64,000 bases of DNA from Anaerolineales bacterium. Lineage in GTDB: Bacteria; Chloroflexota; Anaerolineae; Anaerolineales; RBG-16-64-43. The notes beneath the pieces are model-generated. The model made no database searches. It saw nothing but the letters and a program-made list of their open reading frames with translations, and had not been told where the DNA came from. The translations under genes were made by a program, and so were the position numbers. Shown piece by piece: positions 9,900-21,620 of this stretch. Location of the stretch: the NCBI GenBank assembly GCA_049516595.1, contig JBEKSY010000011.1, forward strand, positions 25,063 to 89,062, read 5' to 3'. Positions within the stretch are counted from its first letter, which is position 1; every line of letters starts with the position of its first letter.

Positions 9900-10595
9900 C
9901 TACGAACTCTCCGACATTGCCAGGCGCAGGGCCTCTCTCCATGGAGGCAGCCTTACGCCAAAGGCTTCCTCCGCTCGCTGGCAGTCCAGCACCGAATAGG
10001 CGGGCCTTTCGGCCGGGGTCGGGAAGTCGCTGTGCCGCGCGGGCTGGATCTCGCGCACGCGATGCTCCTGCGCCCGCGGATCGCAGCCCAGGATCTCGCG
10101 GGCCCACCCCAGCCGGCCGTCCACGAGCGGCCAGTCGATTCCCAGCCGCGGGTCATTCCAGAGCAGTGTCCGTTCGGAGGCCGGGTCATAGATCTCGGTC
10201 ACTTTGTACAGCACGTCAGCGAACTCGCTGAGGACGTAGAACCCGTGGGCGAAACCCGGTGGAACCCACACCTGGCGCCGGTTGTCATCCGATAGGGGCG
10301 CACCGGCCCAGCAACCGAAGGCCGCGGAACTTCGTCGCAGGTCGACCGCCACGTCGAATACCTCGCCCCGCACCACTCGCACCAGCTTCCCCTGCGGGTG
10401 GCGAATCTGGTAGTGCAACCCGCGCAGCACGCCCTGGCGTGATCCGGAATGGTTGTCCTGAACAAAGGTCGCCGGCACGCCGAGCGCCGCGAACCGCGCG
10501 GCGTTGTAGGTTTCCAAGAAGAAGCCGCGCTCGTCCTCGTGCACGTCGGGATCAAGCAGCAAGACCCCCGGCAACTCCGTGGGCTGGATCTTCAC
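9900..10595 (-). CDS. rmlC: dTDP-4-dehydrorhamnose 3,5-epimerase fused in frame to the C-terminal ~70 aa of dTDP-4-dehydrorhamnose reductase
   Basis: RmlC core: ERGFFLETY…RGLHYQ…VPPGFAHGF…DPRLGIDWPL. The tail GWAREIL…FPTPAERPAYSVLDCQRAEEAFGVRLPPWREAL is the conserved RmlD C-terminus. No Rossmann N-terminus of RmlD is present. Confidence 0.8.
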   Translation of the reverse strand: MKIQPTELPGVLLLDPDVHEDERGFFLETYNAARFAALGVPATFVQDNHSGSRQGVLRGLHYQIRHPQGKLVRVVRGEVFDVAVDLRRSSAAFGCWAGAPLSDDNRRQVWVPPGFAHGFYVLSEFADVLYKVTEIYDPASERTLLWNDPRLGIDWPLVDGRLGWAREILGCDPRAQEHRVREIQPARHSDFPTPAERPAYSVLDCQRAEEAFGVRLPPWREALRLAMSESS

Positions 10596-10673
10596 CGCGG
10601 CATCCCTCCCTCGGGAAATGCCTCATCGGCCACCGCCCGCTTTGCTGTCCGGACCGGCGCCTTTTGCGCCGGA

Positions 10674-12545
<1,872 letters not shown>

Positions 12546-13235
12546 TCATAACCGTGGTCTTCGATCCAAATCCGGCTCAGGCCCCACGGTCAATTCGGCG
12601 ATGGGCCAGTATTCATCCCCGCTCGCAGCTACAAGGGCCTGACTCCCATGCACAAACATTTGCCGTCGCGGTAGATTGAACACGAGGGAGATCGCCAAGC
12701 TGAAGGCCGAGGCGATCCGCCTTTCTGTCCAGCGCACTGGGGATGTTCCCCGATCCACAGATCCGAAATCCAAGACAATCGACTGCCCCGATCGTTTCAA
12801 TGGCCATGCCACTTCCGAGACCCAAAGGGATAAGGTGACGACCGGAAGGAAGTCGGGCGTGAAATGGACGAGGCCTGCAATGAGAGCGATCCCCTAGGGC
12901 ACGATGACCACTGAGAGGGACCGCCAGCCGTGCCTGTCCGCAGCGGCTCAAACCGCGGAGGCTTACCCACTGCAGGATTGCGTATCCGGGAAGCCGGCCG
13001 CCCGCACAAGAAACAACAAGAAACAACGGCCCATAGGCCATTCCCGCATTCCTGGTCTCACACCCCTGGGACAAGAAGGAGTTTCAACACGGACTTGATC
13101 CAGCCCCACATGGTGATGAGATCATGGCTCCGCCCCGGCTGGGCCAAATAGAACGCGGCAACGCCCCAGGTCAGGGCGACGAAAGCCAAGCTGCCAAGCT
13201 CGGCCTCAGCGCGTCTCCATCTGGAGGACCTTCCA

Positions 13236-15188
13236 TTACCTTCGTTTGAAGACCGTGACACCCCCATCGGAAGCCACCTCCTGGAATTCTGGGTCCTCTG
13301 TCGTCATCGTGAATTCTGGCTTGCCCTTCACAGCAATCACATACTCGACCCCGCTGTGATCTAGATCCTCTTGCCATTCGTGCGGATCCGAGGCGCGAAA
13401 TGCGACCACACGATTCCTGAGGTCCGCGCCGTACAAAGGGTATATGAATCGCACCAGTCCTCCATAGGCGATCGTAGCGGGGCTTACGCTAGTTTCCTTC
13501 TCAAGGTACAGAAACGCTTTCCGCCCGACCCAAACAAAATCGGCGCTGGATCGACTTCGATCGTCTCGCCAGGCTACATAATCCCTGAGTACTCTGGGGG
13601 TGACTTGGGCGAGATCCATCGTGAGGAACACCGAGAGGGCCGCCATCGCCAACAATAGGATCGTGGTGGCATGTCGGGCAAAAGGCCGCAGGCGATCTAG
13701 TAGCCAGCCGATGGCCAGTGCCCCGAGCAGAAGGACCGGGACGCTGTACCTGGGCACCCAGAATGCCGGCGTGGCCAGGAGAGCGAGAAAGGTCAGAACA
13801 CATAGCAGCAACTGCAACCATTGGCGACGCAGGATAATGGAAACGAGCCATGCCGCCAAAGCGGGTACGCCCAGGATAATCCAAAGGGGGCCGAGACCAG
13901 CCAGGAATTCGTCCTCAAGGCTTCCCGTCTTCTCCAGCCAGGTCGTCGCCAAGCGCTCTGGGATGGGCATAGCCAGCAGCTGGGGAGAGGAATTATTCGC
14001 GATGAATTGATCCAGGCCCGTCTGCCCCTGGAAAACCACGTGACCGAGCAATGACACCTCATACGGCGCAATTGGATTTCGAAACACATACAGGTTGCGC
14101 AAGTAGGGATACGCGCCCAGGGCGATTACGGCGACCAGCGCCGGGCCGACGACCCGGGGTGCCCCCCAGGCCCACCCCCTCCCCCCGGCGGAGGCAACCG
14201 TCCCCTTCAAGCTGCCGAGCCACCATCCCAGGAGAAGCAACCCGAGCGCCAGAGAATAGAAGAGGCCGGTATATTTGGCCCCCGCCAGGATACCCGCCGC
14301 GAGGCCGACCTCGAGGCCAACGATCGCAGGCTTGGCCTTGACATCGAAAGCATGCGACGCTCCAAAGAGCAGGTACACGCCCATTGCAAAAATCGAGGCC
14401 ATAAAGGCGTCAACATGGGAACTGACTTGTTGGAGGACCATGGTCGGCGCAAAGGCAAAGATACAAGCACCCGCAAGGGCGGCATCTCGACTTGCTCCCC
14501 ACCGGCGGGACAATCCATATACGGCAAGCGCCCCAGTCACAATCGCCGGCAGCGAGGGGATGTCGACCAACTTGTCGACGCCCAGGAAGAGCAAGTTCCA
14601 AAGCGACAGCAACTCGACATTGAATGGATAGGCCCGTACCCATATCACGAGGCTCGAAAACGGCCGGATGGCATGGGCCTGGTAGATTTCGGCCATGATC
14701 GGCAAATGGAAGACCAGAGCATCCCACTCCCGGGGTGCCAAGAAGAAACCCTCGAAGGCACTTCTAAGTAGCACCAGAAGGTAGAGTCCCAAGACCGCCC
14801 TGCCGAAAAGCGAAAGCCTAATGGTCCTCACCTGCGAGAGCAGTTGGCGCTGTGCCTCGATCACCCGACCCCATTTGGGCACCACGCGGGTCAACAAAAC
14901 GATGCCGGTCGCTACCAGGTTAACTCCAATCACGACGGGCGCGTAAAGCAGCCCGATCAGGCCGAGGCCGAGTTCGCTGAGAATGATTTGCGCAATCGTC
15001 ATTAGCATGGAGGCCACCATGGCATATGGCGCAGAGCGGCAGAATCCACAGAGCGCCAGGTACCAGGCAGCCCATATCAAGCCTGTGATCGCGACCAGGG
15101 CGGCCATGCCCAACCACGTGTTCAGGCCGCTCCCCAACAATCCACCATGACGAATTGCACTGAGCATTCCAAGCAGCCACTGTTGCAT
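13236..15188 (-). CDS. Polytopic membrane protein, GT-C-like (ArnT/PMT/O-antigen-polymerase-like); function uncertain
   Basis: 650 aa with many hydrophobic spans and a soluble C-terminal domain of about 130 aa. The loop motif REWDALVFHLP resembles GT-C first-loop acidic motifs. Family assignment is by eye only. Confidence 0.5.
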   Translation of the reverse strand: MQQWLLGMLSAIRHGGLLGSGLNTWLGMAALVAITGLIWAAWYLALCGFCRSAPYAMVASMLMTIAQIILSELGLGLIGLLYAPVVIGVNLVATGIVLLTRVVPKWGRVIEAQRQLLSQVRTIRLSLFGRAVLGLYLLVLLRSAFEGFFLAPREWDALVFHLPIMAEIYQAHAIRPFSSLVIWVRAYPFNVELLSLWNLLFLGVDKLVDIPSLPAIVTGALAVYGLSRRWGASRDAALAGACIFAFAPTMVLQQVSSHVDAFMASIFAMGVYLLFGASHAFDVKAKPAIVGLEVGLAAGILAGAKYTGLFYSLALGLLLLGWWLGSLKGTVASAGGRGWAWGAPRVVGPALVAVIALGAYPYLRNLYVFRNPIAPYEVSLLGHVVFQGQTGLDQFIANNSSPQLLAMPIPERLATTWLEKTGSLEDEFLAGLGPLWIILGVPALAAWLVSIILRRQWLQLLLCVLTFLALLATPAFWVPRYSVPVLLLGALAIGWLLDRLRPFARHATTILLLAMAALSVFLTMDLAQVTPRVLRDYVAWRDDRSRSSADFVWVGRKAFLYLEKETSVSPATIAYGGLVRFIYPLYGADLRNRVVAFRASDPHEWQEDLDHSGVEYVIAVKGKPEFTMTTEDPEFQEVASDGGVTVFKRR

Positions 15189-15354
15189 GTGCTTATCCTC
15201 AGAGCCGCTATGAGCCTAGGTAGAGATCCTCACCCGCTGGAGAGGTCGTCAAGAGGAGAGGGTGCGGGCACGGGCTGGATGGGTCAACCCCGCCCGATCG
15301 TAAGGCGCGGCTTCTTCGATAGACGGCGCCCGGCGGCTGGCCGTGCCGGCCTTG

Positions 15355-17727
15355 CTACCGGCCTGCCCCATAAAGCTGCCGGTAGATCGCGTAGATCTCG
15401 TAAATGTCCTTGATGTAGGTGCGCGTCTCCGCGTAGCGGACGGTCTCTACGAACAGGTCCGGGTCGTTTGGGGCGAGCGCCTGCCACTGGGCCGCATTCC
15501 CAGGGCCGCCGTTGTAGGCCGCCAGGGCTACGTAGGGGTTGCCCCCGAGCGCGTCTCGTTGCTCGGCCAGGTACGCCGTTCCGAGCTTGACGTTGATCAC
15601 CGGGCGGGCGAGATCCGCGTTGGTGAAGTCGGTCAGGCCGAGCTTCTTGGCGACCTCCTCCCCCGTGGAGGGGATGATCTGCATCAGGCCATAAGCGTTC
15701 GAGGTGGAGCTGGCGGTCGCCCCAAAGAGCGATTCCTGCCGGACCACGGCGAAAAGCAGCAAGGGGTCAAGCTGGTAGGCCTGAGCCTGAGGCAGGAGCA
15801 AGTCGGCAAAGTAAGGGCCGAAGCGGACATGGCTGAAGTAGGCCGGGGCGGTGAGGGTCGTCGCATCGTTCATTCCCGCCAGGTCGAGTACCTGCCGGGC
15901 GGAGAAGATCGCTCCTGGGTAGTAGCCGAGGTCGACCAGGTAGTTGGTTAAATAGAAGGAAGCGACCGCATCCTTGGATAAGTCGCCCCTGAGTTGGTCG
16001 AACTCGTCCTCGGCCTGCGAATAGAGCCCGAGATCCCAGAGAGCCTGACCTCGCTTAACCCTTGGGTCATTGAGGAGCGCCGCCTGAATAGCCTGAGAGG
16101 GCTCCGGGGTGGGCTGGGGGAACCGCTGCAGGACCCAGGCCTCCGCTTGGGCGCGCTCGGTCGCCAGGTCGAATCCGAGACCATACTGGCCCAGCGGCGC
16201 GAAAGGCTCGCGCCCGACCAGCAGGTCCTGCGCCCGGTCGGAGTAGTAACCGGTCGGGTCCGCCTGCGCGGCTTGCGTCCACTGCGCCCTGGCGCCCGCT
16301 GTGTCGCCCTGAGCAGCGCGGGCCTTCCCCATCCAGAATAGCGCTCGGGAGCGAATGCTGGCATCCGTGGAGTTCGCCAGGCTCGTGAACTGGGCCTGCG
16401 CGCTCGGAAAATCGTTGCTGCGGTAGTAGCTGATCCCGGCCAGGTGCGCGCAATCGGGCCCGTCATCGGAACTGGCGTACTCCTGGCCACAGCGCTTCCA
16501 GAGCGAGGCGGCCGTCGCAAGGTCGCGGCTCTCCTCCGCCAGCCGGGCGGCGTCGAAGAGCGCCTCCGCCGCGCGCGGATGGGTCGGGTCGGCGGCCACG
16601 AACTGCAGGTAGGTCTGAATCGCACCCGCAGTGTCCCCCTTGCCGGCAGAGCGAGCGTCGGCCAGCTCGAACCAGGCCCGATCCCAGACATCACTCGAGG
16701 GCCCTTGTTGGATCGCAGACTGAAGGTCGGAGATCGCGCTGTCCGGCTGGTTGAGGGCCAGGTCCGTCAGGCCGCGGTAGTAATAAGCCTTGGCGGCCAG
16801 TGTGGGCGAACTAGCCAGATAACGGTTGAGCGCGGCCAGGGCCGGCTGGTATTGGTCGGCGTAGTAGTCGACGAGGCCGCGCTGGAGTTCGTCTATCTGG
16901 AATCCCGCGTTGACCAGTTCCACCAGCGCCAGGTAGGAGTCATGGCTGAGGGGATAGTTGGCTACCGCGTCGATATACCGTGTGTACCCGTCCTGGGTCT
17001 TGCCCTGGGCCACGAGAATCTCCCCCATCTTGAGGTCCAGGCGCGCCTTGTCGTAGTCGTTCGTGCTGATCTTGAAGATCTGAGCGTAGAGGGATAGCGC
17101 TTGATCATCGGACCCGCCCTGGTGCAGGACGTCGCCTTCCTTCTCCAGGAGAGGCAACGGGCTTCCGGCCCGGGGAGCGTTGGCCGCGGCAGCGTAGGCC
17201 TGTGCGGCGAGGCCGGCTTGACCTGCCGCGCCAAGCGCATCCCCCAGGTTCTCTTCCGCGTAGGAGTCAATTATCCCCGGATGCAAGGACAGATAGGCCT
17301 CGTATCCCTTGGCCGAACCCGAGTAGTCCTTAAGGTCACTGTCCGCCTCTCCCAGGAGAAACTGCGCCTGGCCCAGAAGCGGACTGTCGGGATGGGTGCT
17401 GATCAGCGACTGCAGCGTGAGCTGGGCGGTCTCGGGGTCTCCCGCCGCCAGCTGGGTGCGCCCCAGGCCGAGCAGCGCTTGATCTGCATGCGAACCGGTG
17501 GCCAATGCCGCCTGGTACTGGGTAAGGGCGGTAGGATAATCCCCAAGGAAGAGAGCGTGATCCGCTTGCTGAAGGTATGGGAAGGGGGTGGAGGAAGGAG
17601 CAGCGGCTGGGGCCAGGAAGGGAATCTGCGTCGCGAAGGGAAGCCCCTGGGTCAGGGAGCAGGCGGGCAGTACGCCGGCCGTTACTAGCAAGAGAGCCCG
17701 CCACAAAGGGCCGCTGGCTTTGCCCAT
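15355..17727 (-). CDS. Lytic murein transglycosylase (SLT domain) with N-terminal TPR-like repeats; lipoprotein signal
   Basis: C-terminal SLT motifs VVRQESLF…AYGLMQIIPSTG…AAYNGGPGN. The internal ATG at 17727 gives MGKASGPLWRALLLVTAGVLPAC (a lipobox). Confidence 0.85.
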   Translation of the reverse strand: MGKASGPLWRALLLVTAGVLPACSLTQGLPFATQIPFLAPAAAPSSTPFPYLQQADHALFLGDYPTALTQYQAALATGSHADQALLGLGRTQLAAGDPETAQLTLQSLISTHPDSPLLGQAQFLLGEADSDLKDYSGSAKGYEAYLSLHPGIIDSYAEENLGDALGAAGQAGLAAQAYAAAANAPRAGSPLPLLEKEGDVLHQGGSDDQALSLYAQIFKISTNDYDKARLDLKMGEILVAQGKTQDGYTRYIDAVANYPLSHDSYLALVELVNAGFQIDELQRGLVDYYADQYQPALAALNRYLASSPTLAAKAYYYRGLTDLALNQPDSAISDLQSAIQQGPSSDVWDRAWFELADARSAGKGDTAGAIQTYLQFVAADPTHPRAAEALFDAARLAEESRDLATAASLWKRCGQEYASSDDGPDCAHLAGISYYRSNDFPSAQAQFTSLANSTDASIRSRALFWMGKARAAQGDTAGARAQWTQAAQADPTGYYSDRAQDLLVGREPFAPLGQYGLGFDLATERAQAEAWVLQRFPQPTPEPSQAIQAALLNDPRVKRGQALWDLGLYSQAEDEFDQLRGDLSKDAVASFYLTNYLVDLGYYPGAIFSARQVLDLAGMNDATTLTAPAYFSHVRFGPYFADLLLPQAQAYQLDPLLLFAVVRQESLFGATASSTSNAYGLMQIIPSTGEEVAKKLGLTDFTNADLARPVINVKLGTAYLAEQRDALGGNPYVALAAYNGGPGNAAQWQALAPNDPDLFVETVRYAETRTYIKDIYEIYAIYRQLYGAGR

Positions 17728-18337
17728 CCAGCCCACCTCAAAGAACTCCTTTCTGAAAGATGAACGGCGGTATGGTACCACAGGCCAATGGAGCCCTCGC
17801 GCAAGGCGCCCGTCTGCTCGAGCAGGGGGCAGGGCTCGCCCCCGTCCCCAGAGTGGGGCGCACTCGGAGGACAAGCAGACAAACCCCCTCGCGCGGCCTC
17901 GCGAGAATGCGCCTGCGGCAGGGCCTGGCAGGGTAGCTTCCTCTGCGCAGTTCCTCCGTTCCTGGTCAACGGTCCTCGCGCCCGGAGTGAGGGCAGACCT
18001 CGAAGGCGCGTTTGGCGACACGTTGGCATGATATGATCAGTGCGCTGCGGGCCGCCAACGAAGCTCTGCGGGGTGACGCTTGAGTTCGGATAAGCGGCCC
18101 GCCTGCGAAACCCTGGGGACCGTAAACATTTACTCCGACCGGTTCGCGACTGCTCGCCTGGCCCTGGCGATCCCTTCCCTGTTCTTCCCGGTGGAGAAGC
18201 GGATGTTTTCCCGCCGTCGAGCGCAAGAGGAAGCCGCAGACCGTGATTGATCCGTGCAGAGAGCTCAGCCGAGAGGCCGTTTCGGCCGCGGCCTTTCGGT
18301 CTGGCCGGGTCTGCGAGCGAGGAAAACCCTGCCGCCC

Positions 18338-20938
18338 ATGACCCATCCTCAGCCGACCAACGAATTCATCCCCTTCGGCCGCGAGTGGATCGATCGGTCC
18401 ATCAAGGACCGGTTTGAACATGTCGTGCGTTCCTATCCCCAAAACGTTGCCCTGCTGGAGGGAGGGCGCGCAATTACCTATGAGGAACTCAACGGCCAAG
18501 CCAATCGCCTGGCCCACGCTCTCCTCGATCGCCTCGGGGATGGCGAGGTGGCCGTGTCGGTCCTTCTTGGACACGGCTCAGCAGCCATCCTTGCGCTCCT
18601 GGGAGTCCTAAAGGCAGGCAAGGTCTGTGTTCCCATGGATCCCTCCCTGCCGCAATCGCGAGCGGCCCAGATTGCACAGGACGCCGAAGCCGCGATGTTC
18701 ATCACGCGGGCGGACTATCGGTCGCAGGCCTTGGCCCTGTGTCGGGGAGAGGAGCTCATTGAGGTGGATCGTTTGCCTGGGGGGCTCTCCGAGCGGAATC
18801 CCCAACTCGATATCCCACCGGAACGGATCGCCTACGTGCTCTACACCTCGGGGTCCTCAGGGGGGCCCAAGGGGGTGATGTTTAGCCAGCGCACGCTTTT
18901 GCACCCCGTCCTCGTGCAAACCAACAGCCTTCACTCGAATTCCACCGACCGATTCTCCTTGTTGACCTCGGTGGGGGTGGGGATGGCGGTTATACATCTC
19001 TACGGCTCGATCTTGAACGGGGGAACGCTTTGTCCTTTTGTGGTTGCGGGTGGCGGGCTCTTGGAGATGATTGACTGGATGCGGGAGCAGAAAATCAGCG
19101 TCCTGCAATCGACGCCCTCGCTTTTCAGGCGGTTGGCTGCGGAGCCGAACAGCGAAGCCGGCTTTGCTTCGCTTCGTTTGTTGAAGCTCAGTGGCGAGAT
19201 GGTCCTGCGGTCGGATTTTGACCTCTACCGACGTACCTGTCCTCCGGATTGCCTGCTGCGGGTTGGCTACTCAACGACGGAAGCAGGCGTCGTCACGGAG
19301 GATCTCCTCGACCGCAATTCGCAGGTGCTCGCGGAGCAACTCCCGGCCGGCTACCCCGTCTCGGACGTGGAGATCCGACTGTGCAACGAGGTCGGGGAAC
19401 CTGTGGCAGAGGGGGAGGGGGAGATTGTGGTGAGGAGCCGTTATGTCTCTCCGGGGTATTGGAGGCGCCCCGATCTCACCCAGGCCGCTTTCTCGGAGGA
19501 TCCCTCGGGCAAGGGCAGGCGGTCCTTTCGGACAGGGGATCAAGGGCACCTCTTGGGGGATGGGTGCCTGGTGTTGCGTGGCCGAAAGGACAGCCAGGTG
19601 AAGGTCAGAGGGTACCGGGTTGAGCTTTCGGAGGTTGAGCAGGCGCTCCTGCGGATGAAGGGCATCCAGGAAGCAGCCGCGGGGACCTGGGAGCGAAACC
19701 TGGGAGAAGAGGTCCTGGTGGCCTATGTGGTAGCGGGGGCTCAACCGCCCCCTCGCCCTGCCGAGCTGCGCTCCGCGCTGAGGCAGTCGCTGCCCGACGC
19801 CATGATCCCCTCGGCCTTTGTGTTCCTGGAATCCATGCCCCTCACCGAAAGTGGGAAGATCGATCGACAAGCGCTGCCCGCGCCTTTGCCTGCGCCGGCG
19901 CATTTCGACGGGCAGCCGCCGAACAGCCTGCTTGAGGCGCAGCTTTGCCATATCTGGGAGGAAGTCCTTGGAGTTCGGCCGGTGGGTATCCAGGATGACT
20001 TCTTCGACCTAGGGGGCACGTCTTTGCAGGCCCTGCAGCTCTTTGAGAGGATCCGACAGCAGCTTGGGCAAAGAATCCCTCTGGAGGTAATCCTCCGGGC
20101 CTCGACGGTGGAACAACAGGCAGAGGTCCTTTTGGCCCCGGGGGGAACCGACCTGCCCGCCACCCTGGTGCCCCTGCAGCCCGCCGGCTCCCGGCCTCCG
20201 TTTTTCTTCATCCATCCAGCGAGGGGCCATGTGCTCTGCTATCGCCTCCTGGCCCACTGGCTCTCCGCCGATCAGCCGGTGTATGGCATCCAGGCGCAAG
20301 GGGTCCGTCCCGAACAGAAGCCTCATACGTCCATCGAGGACATCGCAGCGGGTCATCTCAACTCCGTGCGCAACTTCCAGCCCAAGGGCCCCTACTTTCT
20401 GGGAGGTTATTCCCTTGGCGGAGTGATCGCCTTTGAGATGGCGCGGCAGCTGGCCGCGCAGGGAGAGCAGGTCGCCCTGCTCGCCCTGCTGGACACGCCG
20501 TGCCCGGCCCGCAAGATCAGAAGGCGCACGCTGCGGCAACGCTTGCAACGGCGCGCCGCGCAACTCAGGCGCAGGACGCTCCGGGGGAAAGCCGCCTTCT
20601 TGTGGGGCTTACTGAGGAGGTCGCTGCCCGCACACCTGTGGCACCTCGAAGAGGTACATTGGGCCGCCGCTCAGCGCTATCGGCCGGGCCCCTATGCGGG
20701 CAAGGTGCTCCTCCTTCGGGCGCAGGGGCGGCGGGACCACATTGATGGGGATCCGAGCCTGGGGTGGAGCGAATGGGTGACGGGGCCGTTGGAAGTTGCG
20801 GAGGTCCCTGGCAATCACATCAGCCTCTTGCAGGAACCCAACGTGCGCAGGCTGGCGGAGGTCCTGCGCCATCACCTGGCCGAGACCTTGGAGAAAGAAC
20901 AAGGTCCATCCGGTCACGACCGGCGACCCGCTGGGTGA
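18338..20938 (+). CDS. NRPS-like adenylation-thiolation-thioesterase (A-T-TE) enzyme
   Basis: A-domain cores: LKAGKVCVPMDP (A2), YTSGSSGGPKGV (A3), YSTTEAG (A5), FRTGD (A7), GRKDSQVKVRGYRVELSEVE (A8), SGKIDR (A10). PCP DDFFDLGGTSLQALQL. TE GYSLGG plus a C-terminal His. ATG at 18338. Confidence 0.9.
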   Translation: MTHPQPTNEFIPFGREWIDRSIKDRFEHVVRSYPQNVALLEGGRAITYEELNGQANRLAHALLDRLGDGEVAVSVLLGHGSAAILALLGVLKAGKVCVPMDPSLPQSRAAQIAQDAEAAMFITRADYRSQALALCRGEELIEVDRLPGGLSERNPQLDIPPERIAYVLYTSGSSGGPKGVMFSQRTLLHPVLVQTNSLHSNSTDRFSLLTSVGVGMAVIHLYGSILNGGTLCPFVVAGGGLLEMIDWMREQKISVLQSTPSLFRRLAAEPNSEAGFASLRLLKLSGEMVLRSDFDLYRRTCPPDCLLRVGYSTTEAGVVTEDLLDRNSQVLAEQLPAGYPVSDVEIRLCNEVGEPVAEGEGEIVVRSRYVSPGYWRRPDLTQAAFSEDPSGKGRRSFRTGDQGHLLGDGCLVLRGRKDSQVKVRGYRVELSEVEQALLRMKGIQEAAAGTWERNLGEEVLVAYVVAGAQPPPRPAELRSALRQSLPDAMIPSAFVFLESMPLTESGKIDRQALPAPLPAPAHFDGQPPNSLLEAQLCHIWEEVLGVRPVGIQDDFFDLGGTSLQALQLFERIRQQLGQRIPLEVILRASTVEQQAEVLLAPGGTDLPATLVPLQPAGSRPPFFFIHPARGHVLCYRLLAHWLSADQPVYGIQAQGVRPEQKPHTSIEDIAAGHLNSVRNFQPKGPYFLGGYSLGGVIAFEMARQLAAQGEQVALLALLDTPCPARKIRRRTLRQRLQRRAAQLRRRTLRGKAAFLWGLLRRSLPAHLWHLEEVHWAAAQRYRPGPYAGKVLLLRAQGRRDHIDGDPSLGWSEWVTGPLEVAEVPGNHISLLQEPNVRRLAEVLRHHLAETLEKEQGPSGHDRRPAG

Positions 20939-21620
20939 GAAGTGAGCGAGGCCCTCGTGCTTGTGGGGCGATCGGCTCGGCCGGGTCTGTGGGCCTCAGG
21001 GCTTCGACCGGAGCCGGCCGGAAGCAGGCCTGGCCTTGAGGAGGGGGATGGTTGTTCTGGCCATGACAATCGCCAAAACCAGAACTGGAGGGGCGGCGCC
21101 CAGGCCGCCGCTAGGGATTGCCTCACTCTTTTCTCCACGCACCGCCCGTTCGTCGAGGGCTTGGATGCTCGTGGACGGAACAAGCCGCTCTGGATATCCA
21201 GGACTGTGGGCGTGGGGAACAGGCCCTGTCACTCTGGAACCGTGGCCTCGATGCCACACCCCTTCCAGGACGGCCGCGTGGCTTCTGCGAGGTTATTGAA
21301 CGAGAGGAGATAGAACCTTCGATCGGGGCGGGATTGGAGAAGCTGAGATTCTGGAGGCGAAACCCTCCCGCGGGGCATCCGCAGCGCCCGCCGAGGGTGG
21401 AGGTCACGGGCGCAATCATCGCGTTGCGAACCGGCTGATCTCGGCAGGTCACGGCGGAGTCGGACAATAAGGCGTCTCTCTCCTCTGCCCCGGAGGGATG
21501 GCTATGGTTGGAACCACCCGGGTATCCAAAGGAATGGATCGTTGGCGGGTTGGGGTTGACCGAGGAACCGTCTCGAGGCGGTCCAGGCAGCCTCACGCGC
21601 CCTCTTGGGAGCCGGATCCG

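Noticed and set aside
21118-21438. MbtH-like look of …GEQALSLWNRGLDATPLPGRPRGFCEVIE… between the NRPS-like gene and the PPTase.
   Set aside because: Only the EQ.SLW string resembles MbtH (…EEQ.SLWP…PAGW…CL.YIE). The spacing to the PxGW-like and C..IE parts is wrong and the invariant Trp residues are missing. I treat it as chance.
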